From: Catajapyx aquilonaris
Lineage: Eukaryota
DNA length: 44,780 nucleotides
NCBI GenBank assembly: GCA_000934665.2
Contig: KZ538967.1
Span: forward strand, 1-44,780
Reading direction: 5' to 3'
Below the pieces are notes generated by a model. The model did not search any database. It was not told the DNA's origin and was given only the letters and a program-made list of their open reading frames with translations. The stretch's first letter is position 1. Each line of letters starts with the position of its first letter. The translations under genes were made by a program, and so were the position numbers. Positions 34,965 to 44,780 of the stretch are shown one piece after another.

Positions 34965-37900
34965 TTAACTACCTGTATTTCGTGGGTAGTCACCAGAATG
35001 GTGTGTCTCAAATTTTGGGGTCCCATAATATGGTGGTGGTCTGCCACGATAAGATGATCCTCCTCCTCTGCCCCCGCCTCCTTGGAACCTGCCTCCTCTG
35101 CCCCTGCGCCTACCACCTCCTTGGTGCTGCAGTGGACCACTCTCAACTCTTTTCTTGTTAGAAAAGTCGGTGTCAAGAGTAATGGTGATCATTTCCGGTT
35201 GGACTGGAGCTCGTTTTAAGTATCGCATGAAAGTCTTCTTTTTGTTATGAATACGCCGGATGTGCTTCACACCAGATGATTCAAACTGCATTCTATGCAT
35301 CAGTGTTAGGACTGTCTCACCTACTTGCCCAATTACTTCATGCATTATGCCCTTCATTTTCAAGTGCTCTTTCTGTTCCACTGCTACCTGATACTTATGC
35401 ATGAGTGTCTTCCACTTCTTCATGTTCCTGTGAGCGAACAATTCTTCGTAATGAAACAGGGCTTTCTTGATGGCTTCCTCGTTCAAGGGTCCCACATTGA
35501 GAGCTTGCAGGATTGTGAGCAAAGCCTGCACATGTACCTCTCCACCATTGAGGCCTGCATGGCCCATCACTACCAAGTTCAGCTGCCATTCAGTTGTATT
35601 GGCTTCTCTCTTTTTCTCCTGCTTCCCCGGGCACTCGGTCTTGAGAGCATCATACAAATACAGGGCCGACTCTTGCTGCTGCTTTGTGGAGTCCATGAAT
35701 GAGATGAGCTTGCTATTCAGGCTCACATGGTTTCGCAAATGCTTTCGTCCACTTTTTGTCATTGGAAAAAGTGGCATGTTATCTGGAAAAACTGGAACTG
35801 CCATCAGTGAAGGCAACTGTGGGATCATACAATGATTTGTTTGCATTCTGCCACAACCACTTTCTGTCACGGTGCTAGGTCCTGGAACTGACGAGCCAGC
35901 AGTTTGATCACTACCTGCTTCTGCCTCCAAGTCTTCAATCTTCTCCAAATTTTTCAGGGCATCTTTTGGCACAGCTGCAACCCCCTGGTTCGCATCTGAT
36001 GCAGTAGCTTCTGCTTCAGATATCACAGGATTGCTGCCACTAGCTTCCACTGCTAAGGGGGGCAATTCCAAATTATTGCTACCTTCCTGTATTGTAACGG
36101 TGCATGTTCCATTATCACTCGTGCTTGGCCTGGTCATTTGTACCGCTTCTTCCGCATCCTTCCGGTGCTTTTCCATGATGATGGCTCTCAGCCGGAGCAA
36201 CTCTATGGCCTTGTTCACATCTCCTGGGTTTCCTGCAATCTCCAACTTAGATTCAGGTAGATACGAGATAAGTGTCCCAGTCTTGAGCCCCACTGCCTTC
36301 AGATCATCTAGTGAGAGACAAGCATAGGCTTCTGCAGGCAGAATCGCAGGTGAACACTTCTGGACCACAGGTGTATTTTCAGGGAGAGGAATTTCAGAAA
36401 CTGGGATAGTTGTTGGGGCTTCCACCAATGGGGTTGTGGAGCATGAAGGTGCAGGGACTAGGGTTGAAGGGAGAGAGACATCCATTAGTGGGATGGTACA
36501 ACTTGTAGTTGCAATGGGTTGGGGTGCAGGGCATGGAGGTGGGGGTGGTCCTGGAGGGTCCGGAGAGGATGTGACAGTTGCAGTGGGTTGGGGTGCAAGG
36601 CGTGGAGGTGGGGATGGTCCTGGAGGGCCCAGAGAGGGTGGGACAGTTGCAGTGGGTTGGGGTGCAGGACATGGAGGTGGGGATGGTCCTGGAGGGCCCA
36701 GAGAGGATGTGACAGTTGCAGTGGGTTGGGGTGCAGGACGTGAACGTGGGCGTGGTTTGGTACCCGGAGAGGGCATGTCAGCCTCACAGTCAAAGGGGTA
36801 TGTAGCAGGGTATATGGAGGCCCGATTCTTCCCACACTCAAAGCCTAAATGGCCCCTCTTAGCACAATTATAGCAGTAGAATCGGCTTGACGAGATGTAG
36901 GAGGTCTGTGATGACTTCTGAGCAGCTTTACCCTGAAAAGATAATTCATTAATAATTCAGACTGCTTCATTGATATGAACTTTAAGTGGGTATTATACAG
37001 ATTAGCTGAAACAAGCAACTCACTATTATATCTGTGATCACACTACCCTATAAAATTTAAACAAATTTCTGCTTAGCAAGAGATGACCCTCACCATCATC
37101 ACAAATGCAATTCACCTGTTTTATTTTATTCAAAAAGGAATGGCCAAAAACAGTAATTTGAGTTTGAGTATGTAGTCAAAAAGTCCCTGTAATTAGCTTT
37201 GATTATTATTTACTTCAAAAATATTTGAGTAGGTCATTATCAAAACCAGGCTATCTTGGTTTGACAAAAGTGTGTTAATTCCTGGTCACAGGCACCAACT
37301 CAATGCTAAATTCGTATTTTCAATATATGGAATGTTTTCACCTCGGGTCCAACTCTCACTGGGCAAGGTCACTTGGGCCATGAAAATACTGTACTAACTA
37401 AATCTGAATTCCCTGTTTTTTTGAAGTGTTTGACTAGAAGAAGGTAGCCTGGTTTTGATAAACTGACAAACTCATTTATGCCCGTAGTGTACACGTACAT
37501 TAGATATCCCAGTATGACCAAAACACGATTCGAACCGAAAGACTGTATGCGTCTCACATGCAAAGAAATCGAACAGACTTTTTCCGGAAGGCAAACTAAA
37601 AATTTGTACATTTTATTATTTTGAATAAACCTGTAAAGAATAAAGTAGCACATGTATGTATAGTAGGTCATTAAAAACCTCTGAATAGCTCATTTTATGG
37701 TGTCTTCCAATTATCCATGTTTACCAATTATACAGGGCAAACCAGTGCATTAATTTGTACAGATAATTGGTAGCACAGTGTATTAACACTTTGACTTTGA
37801 GCCCTAGCCACCTAGAATCTAGGCGATGAGAACTCGACCGCGCAGTACCAGCCATAACCCGCCATCGATTAGTTTTCTGCTTACTCGTACGCTGAAGATA

Positions 37901-40900
37901 CGAACAAGATATTTTACAAATAATAACAGCTATACTTACCTGTTCAGGGAAAACGTTATGACTGTGTTGGAAACAATTTCCATCCCATAGAAGTACATAA
38001 ATGAATTCCCAAAAAGATCGCTGTATAAACCCAAAATTAGAGTATTTCCGGCCAACTGTTAGGCTGATTTAATTATGAAATACATTAAAATATTCTGAAT
38101 AACAATTTTGAAAAGGGTGCCAAATGAATTTGCCGAAATCGTCGTACTTTTCGAGAAATAAGTGCATTTGGGAGTAATCCGAAGCGACAGGCGAGTCTCA
38201 GAAAAGTAATAATTTGTCTCGGAAAGTACAACGATTTCACCATGAAGTCTTCTGGCATGGTTCTCCAGATTGTTAATCCATATATTTTAACATATTTCAT
38301 AATTAAATAAGCCTAACAGTTGGCTGGTAGTACTTGGATTTTCATATTTTACAGCGATTTCTTTGGAAATTAATTTACGGACTTATAGCGAAGGAAAATT
38401 GTTTCCAATACACACATTGTGTTTTGCATGAACGGGTAAGTATAGCTATTATTACTTGTTATTATTTGTAAAGTGTATTATTTGTAAAATATGTTGCCCT
38501 TACCTTCAGAGTACTTATAAGTTGAACAGGAGGGAAAATCTAGGAAAAAATATAGTGGGTATACCGTACAGCGATCTTTTTGGAAATTAATTTACGGACT
38601 TCTATGCGAGTACAATTGTTTCCAAAACATGCATTGTGTAGAGCATGAATATAAAAGTGTAGCTGTTATTATCTGTCAAATATCTTGTCCTTATTTGCAA
38701 GTGGAATGGAAGCGAAAATAATCTAGGTGATGCAGGTATAGCTGGTACCTGGCAGTCGCGTTCTCATTGCCTAGATTCTAGGCGGTTGGGGCTCTAGGGG
38801 TTAAAGGGCCAGAGATGCATACCAAGTTAATGTTCTGAGACATTGCTATCTCTGGAAAATGCATACGGTATATTAGTAACGGAAAATCGCAGGGGGTTGA
38901 TTCATTAATGAGTCTTAGTTCATTAGGCTGAAACTTTCTGCAATACTGGTAGTAATATTAATGACAATTGTCCTAAACTTATGGCATCATTACTGTATTA
39001 AAGCAATGCCAGTATAAAACAAGGTCGACCAGCATCCCTGTATAACCTGGGGGTGGCAGGCATGCCACAATAACCGAGGTAGATTTCCATGATTTTGATC
39101 CTTGTCAAATTTTTTGGAGACCCATGTTGCATGTATGCCTAGAACCCCTCTATCATTTTCCAAAGCAACGGTAGATTAAATTCCCGAACCCTGTACATTG
39201 GAAGTCCCCCATGTTACCCTATTTCAGACTCCAATAAAAATGCAATGTTGACTTTTCAGTTGTTTTCCTGTAATCCTATCTTTCTGATAATGTTCACTCA
39301 GAAAATACTGCATGTTCTTTATATTTAAAAAGGCCAGGTACACATGTATGGTTGGATTTCACTTAATTTAACTAAAAGTGCTACAAAATGACTTCCATTC
39401 AAGATAAAATTATAATTATTAGATATTTTGCAGAGTTCCTGTGTACCATTTGCCCCACTTGGGAGTAAATGCAACACTGACTGACTATTACCTACGATAA
39501 CGACACGTGTTGGAATTTCCCACATAATTACAACACTTGCTGATAAAAATGTATTCAAAAGTTTTCTGATATTTTTAACATAAAATAAATATCATATTAA
39601 ATAGAGAAGAGCTTCTCCCTAGAACAGTATTTTAATTTTTATATTCCATTTTGTGCAGACTGGTATGTACTTGTAACTTGTAAGTCTCAATTTGGTGTTG
39701 CAATTACCCCATTTACGATCTAGCAATTTTTATAAATGATGTATTTGATACTGCTGAGTTTACGAGACATTAATAATCAGTGTCGAAGATACACAATAGC
39801 CAATAACATTAAAAAGCCATCAGTGACCTCGTACAAGAGGTGGACAGCAGTCAAGGACCACCAGCTGCGATATAAACTTGCGCACCCGTACTCTGGACAA
39901 CAACCTTTGACATTGGAGGGCTTTGGAAATGCCAGAATTGAGTTCCTTGACCCCGAAAACCTAGGAAATGACACCAGAACGACCACCGTAGCCCAACAGA
40001 TACCCTGACAACACGCAATTTTCACCTACGCCAATTTCAAAACTTTGAGTGGAGCCTGTAAAAATTTAACCTGAAACTTTGGAAAGTGGCTCCAACTCTC
40101 ACAATACTCCATAATTATGGTGTCTAGAATGCGAAAAGAAAAAAAAAATAAATCGCTTTTTGACATGAAGTGCATAATTATGTCAAAAATCTGCATTAAG
40201 CCACTGGACTATTGAATCCTAATGTCCTCCTAGGAGGACATTATTCTTTTGTCATTATTTTGTCCATTTTTGAGAAGTACTCGTATAATTACTTTTTTCT
40301 CGTTTCTTATTGGCAAAATGTTCAAAAATTGCAACAGGAACTGACATTATGTTACAAACATCTTCGCGGGTCTCAGGAGGATAATTATTAGGACCTTCTG
40401 CACCTCGAACAAACCGGAGTTTCAATAGAAATTCCTTCTTCCGCCCATCCCGCACCCCCTGTTCAACTCCTCCTTTATCAAATCCGCACTGAATGTTTGA
40501 AGAGAAGGAGACAGTGAATTATCTGAACTGATACAACCAGCACTTTCCTGAACGCGTGGTGTTGTAATCCAGTGCACTGAAATGCATGGTTGTAGAGAAG
40601 CATTTCTTGCCACCCTGCGCATGATTATTCATTTTACCACATACTCACCGTGACATCATGAAATTTCCTCCACAAATCAGGACAGTATGCCTGGATGTGT
40701 CCAGGCATCAGGCACAGGTTACAACGGGGAGTCCTGCGGCACCTTACACATTCCCTCCGGAAAGATTGGGTCGCTGCACCACACTTCAGGCAGATGCTTC
40801 GAGGGCAAGAATCCATGCAGTGCCCCTGCACCCCACACATGAAACAGGTTGGTCTGCGCGCCTTGGTCGTACACTGCCATCGGACATGGCCCAATTCATT

Positions 40901-42430
40901 ACACTTTAAACATCGTTGGCCCCTGAAGTACCGTTGAGCCTCAGGATAGTAGTCCACATTATCCAAAGCCCACTTGCGCCTGTCATTTGGCATGGCAGCA
41001 TACGTAGCTTCCATATCAAAGTCGTCAAATGCTTCGCTGTAAAATCGATCCTGTGCAATAGTGTCCATCCTATCAAGCAATGTACGAGGCTGTTTGGCTG
41101 GCGGCTCACGAATTTGGGAGCCCCTGGCAGCATTGTGGGCACTGGGACGGGTTCCAATTAAATTTGTAGCCAGGTTTGTCTCGATCTGCTCCAGTTCTGA
41201 AGTCGGGTATACCTCATCATCTGAGTCCAATGCCTGGTGAGAGCGCTTCCGCTTCCGTCCTCGCTTGGAAGGTTTCTTTTTCTTGGGAGTTGCTTGGGCA
41301 ACCTCAGAACTTTGAGCGTCAACTTCCTGTGTTGTTGGCTGTACTATTCCTGGTGGGTCTGTGTTGTCTGGGTCATTGCAGGTACTGGAAGGTGTGATAT
41401 AAGCAGGTGGACTCACTGGTGGACCAGGTTCAGGATGAGATGGACTAACAGAAGGACTGGAGGGTATGTACACAGGAGAGGGAATCTTGAAAGGATTCCG
41501 CATACGTCCTCGCTTGGATGGTGTCTTTTTCTTGGGAGTTGCTTGGGCAACTTCAGAACTTTGGGTGTCAACTTCTTGTGTTGTTGGCTGTACTATTTCT
41601 GGTGGGTCTCTGTTGTCTGGGTCATTGCAGGTACTGGAAGGTGTGATATATGCAGGTGGACTCACTGGGGGACCAGGTTCAGGATGAGATGGACTAACAG
41701 AAGGACTGGAGGGTACGTACACAGGAGAGGGAATCTTGAACTCACTTTCTGGAGATGGATTATTCTCCTCTTTAAGATGAACAGGTGGATTGGGTTTGGG
41801 TTCACTGCCTGATCCTTCGTGGTCACTACCCTCATCTCCTGAGGACTCAACATTTATCATTGGTGGTGATCGTTTCTTAGGTGTTGGAAGTAATACAACT
41901 GAGATATCTGAGTCACTGTCACACACTATGACATCAGAGTCTGGCACTTCTATAGGATCTCCACACTTCGCCTCGTAGCCACCATGGTCCTCACGAACTT
42001 TCTGATGGCTCACTTTTTCACGGCCACGTTTGGCCTTCCTCTTTTTCTTCTTGCCATCTGCAGATTTTCTGGGAATTTTCAGTCCCTTGTGAGGTTTTCC
42101 ATGGCAGCTACCTTGGGGACGAGCTTTGCATATCTCCTCTTCCCTCTGCTGCACCTGCACTCCGTGTTGAAGAGAGTCACATTCTTGGTGGCTGTCTTGA
42201 TTGGAAGGACAATGTTGGTTGACACCTTGACTGAGGGTGCCCTCCTGCGTGCTCTCAGAATCAACATCCTGAAAGTCGTCAAGACCATAGTGGAGTTGGC
42301 TATACAACATGACTTCTACTTCTTCCATATCGCTATCATCCATTTCTCCTTCTTCCTTATCGACCATGGGCTCTACTTGGTGCCCCATTGGTCTTGGGCT
42401 GCTTCGTGATTGGACTGCAGATGCCATCAT
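34965..42430 (-). CDS. ZCCHC7: zinc finger CCHC domain-containing protein 7 (Air1/Air2 orthologue, TRAMP complex), up to ~1249 aa; coding exons 42430-40649 and 36932-34965
   Basis: N-terminal EVEVMLYSQLHY (recalled vertebrate EVEFQLYSQIHY); knuckles CLKCNELGHVRWQC, CFMCGVQGHCMDSC, degenerate CLKC, CNLCLMPGHIQAYC, then LWRKF (IWRxY linker motif). Phase-0 donor ACG|gtgagt (40649) joins phase-0 acceptor ttttcag|GGT (36932), which supplies knuckle 5, CYNCAKRGHLGFEC, 30 aa after knuckle 4 and in frame with ORF 34965-36776. Which Met is the start is uncertain. Confidence 0.88.
36507..36738 (-). repeat. 69-bp coding tandem repeat (~3.4 x PAPQPTATVTSSLGPPGPSPPPC)
   Basis: GGGTTGGGGTGCA recurs at 36516, 36585, 36654 and 36723. 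Confidence 0.92.
37787..38800. mobile_element. piggyBac-like (TTAA) fold-back MITE in the ZCCHC7 intron
   Basis: TTAA on both sides; ~250-300-bp diverged inverted arms (CCTAGAATCTAGGCGATGAGAAC / GTTCTCATTGCCTAGATTCTAGG); part of the right arm is internally duplicated. Confidence 0.75.
41243..41740 (-). repeat. 249-bp (83-aa) in-frame tandem duplication inside ZCCHC7 exon
   Basis: FKIPSPVY(V/I)PSSPSVSPSHPEPGPPVSPPAYITPSSTCNDPDN...ATPKKK(T/K)PSKRGR occurs twice, starting at 41740 and 41491. Confidence 0.95.
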
Positions 42431-42802
42431 ATGACCTGTTGATAAAGGGTGCTATTAATTATTTGCTTATTACACTGGGGTTCTAGTGCAACTAAAAGGT
42501 TTGAGTGGTATGAAAATAAATCCAATGGCTTTCTGAGCATTGTTACGAAACTGGCTCAGAAACAAACAAAAAACTCCTCCAATATCACTGATTCTCAAAT
42601 TGAGGTCACATCAAGCAAGGTCACTGACATGCTTTTGAGAGTATGTTGCCGAGAGGTCACAGGAAAGACGCAATTTCTCGAAAAACACGGATAGAAATAT
42701 CCTGATATGCTTGTATGAAACGCAATTCAGAATTTAATGTCCCCACTGAACTAAAAAAGACAGTAGTTTAAGGGCTGCTGGGTTAAAAGTACGAGAACCT
42801 AA

Positions 42803-42987
42803 GGCCCGCCGCAAACGAGGGGATTATGGAGGGAAAAGCTGCCCGTGAATCCACTCGGGAAAGCATGCAGCGCATGCGCCAGGAGGGAGCAACCACAACA
42901 CCCCAATATCTAACATGCAAGAAACTTGGAAGACGCTCGCTGCTCAGGCAACTTTTCCCTCCGGAATCCCCACATTTGTTGCAGGCC
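42803..42987. mobile_element. PIF/Harbinger (Tourist-like) MITE, 185 bp
   Basis: TAA|GGCCCGCCGCAAACGAGGGGATTATGGAGGGAAAAGCTGCC ... GGCAACTTTTCCCTCCGGAATCCCCACATTTGTTGCAGGCC|TAA: ~40-bp TIRs and TAA TSD. Confidence 0.85.
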
Positions 42988-43395
42988 TAACATGAATAAG
43001 AGAAAGGGCAGATTTAAAACAAGTGCGAAGTTGTTTGACTCACAAGTTACTCTCTCTAATAATTATGAAGGAAATAATTAAATATGAATCCAATATGTAT
43101 TCCTGAAAACACAACCTCTTAAAATGGCTAATCAAATTCCTAGCATGTCATTCTTGGCTGGGTACAGGAACAGAGAGGGTAAGTCTTGAAGTGGGACAAT
43201 ACTGGTAAAGTGCTGGACATTATTTCTGTCGTACTGATAATGATATTTTCCAATGAGGCAGAAGTGAAAAGTGAAGTGATGGAGTGCAAACCTCGTGAGG
43301 AAGAAATGGAAGACCTCAGGTGACATCACACGCTGTGGACAAGCCCTTGTCTCCATTGCCCCCATTTAGTGATGTCACCCAAGGCCTTCCATTCC

Positions 43396-44128
43396 TTACT
43401 CGTATGGCTCGCACTCTATCAATTCGCCTTGCACTTCCACGACAATGGAAAATGCTGCTAGCGGTATGACGTAATTAATGCCCAGCACTGTACCAAGTGG
43501 AATATCTGAACACTGGCTCAGGGGACCAATGATTTTATTGGCAATGATGAGATCAACAGTTCGATTTATAAATCTTATAGTGACCTTGGGCCATAGGTGC
43601 ACACGCACCTACCAATGGGAGTCCTGGGGCATAGCATAAATAATTTTTAAAAGGGTGCATTCTATATTCATGCAACATAGCTTGCCCCATTCAAACCACT
43701 CTAAAGTTTTTGTGGTAATTTTTTTGTGTTCGGCGTTTACTTCTTCCCATAAATAAATATTATAAAGCATCAATTCGTGATGATTGCCTTTATTTATTTA
43801 TATTAATAGGTGAAAATGTAGGTTTTCCAGAATGGTTTTTTAAACAAAATGGGCAATATCTGCGCCTCTGTTGAACCCAGAATGACCGTTCCTTTTTCGG
43901 TTTGTAGAGTTATTCACGGCGCTTTCAACGGTACCTCACACTTTCAATTTGCACTGTACGTTTAAGCTTTAGAAATAAACAAACCTCTCCTTGGGGGTGA
44001 TGCTCAACTTTTGACCAGTAGTGTAATGCTCCGTGCGTAATGTCACCACTACTTGACCGGCAGGGCAATATGTGCGCATAACTACTGTTGTCATCCACAT
44101 CGAAAATGACCAACTCAGGACGAGCCAT
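43396..44128 (-). CDS. uncharacterised two-exon 118-aa protein; exons 44128-43985 and 43608-43396
   Basis: GAAATGG start context; phase-0 donor GAG|gtttgt and acceptor ttggtag|GTG join two ORFs in frame across an AT-rich intron; protein-like composition; no family recognised. Confidence 0.5.
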
Positions 44129-44289
44129 TTCCGTTAAATCGCCAAAATCAGCTGTTCACGCAGTGCTTCGCCATTCAAATCACGCGCAAATCACCAGATC
44201 CTATGCCCAAATGGACCGTTGCGACAAATGGCGGCCTTCCGGAACTGCTAAGCCACGGACACAAAAAATGCCAGGAAGCTGGCGTGCGG

Positions 44290-44740
44290 CTTACGGAGCT
44301 TTCCCCTCCATCTTACTACTCCGTGCTGATACTCTAGAAAGTATCTCTTAGCAACGACCTGCTTATAAACAAGCAGCTTGCGCGATTTTTCCAATAACTG
44401 TTGGTGCCATAGAGTTGGATCACCCTGTATTAAGAGCACGCTCTAGGCTACGCTATTCATTGTTGCGGGTAGCCCGTCGCGGGCCGGCCCGTGAGTTTGA
44501 CACTTCTTCCTCTCGCTGTCACGGCCGCAAATATGGAGGTATCGGCATGAAACTGGAGTATCTGGACGCGAAAGGGTTGCCCTTTGAGATGGTGCGCTTA
44601 TTTTTCTCCTGGGGCGATATTTGCGGCCGCCGCGGCCAGATACAGTTTTTTATTTTGACCCGCAATAACTTCTTTCCATGTCAGTACCAGTGAAATTCGA
44701 GGCTGTCACGAGGTTTTTACGGCGAATTACCGTAAGTGTG
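44290..44740. promoter_or_regulatory. CpG-rich probable bidirectional promoter / first-exon region
   Basis: CpG-rich; minus-strand donor CC|gtaagc at 44294; plus-strand TCAGT at 44681 and donor CC|gtaagt at 44732. Confidence 0.45.
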
Positions 44741-44780
44741 TGAAAGGGCACGAGTGTGGCAGTCTTGGTTTGGCCAAACT

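Noticed and set aside
40649..40920. Retroelement Gag nucleocapsid interpretation of the CCHC knuckles
   Set aside because: No protease, RT or integrase nearby; spliced structure, the LYSQLHY motif and the LWRKF linker fit ZCCHC7.

Overview
Eukaryotic, intron-containing and transposon-rich DNA, most likely from an insect (cuticle-protein gene, insect-type tRNA-derived SINEs, Helitron-like and Tc1/mariner MITEs). Three recognisable genes: (1) a three-exon secreted pro-resilin-like YGAP-repeat protein (+, 3018-8008); (2) an eight-coding-exon high-affinity choline transporter, SLC5A7/ChT (-, 15758-12508); (3) a ZCCHC7/Air1-2-like zinc-knuckle gene of the TRAMP RNA-surveillance complex (-, 42430-40649 spliced to 36932-34965; the ORF track shows it as two separate ORFs). 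The most unusual feature is downstream of ZCCHC7: its 3' part (a ~150-aa helical domain plus 3' UTR and flank) is tandemly amplified into a two-domain intact ORF (29714-31738), a one-domain intact ORF (24355-25446) and a decayed remnant (20287-20567). All lack the zinc knuckles, and the two intact copies start a few bases from the same transposon end. There is also an unrecognised two-exon 118-aa ORF just upstream of ZCCHC7, a 2.7-kb fold-back element with a nested Helitron-like insertion, several perfect palindromes, a cluster of CRE palindromes in the choline transporter first intron, and visible TA-NNN-TA excision footprints. All gene models are read by eye from splice signals and frame continuity; no database searches were run.
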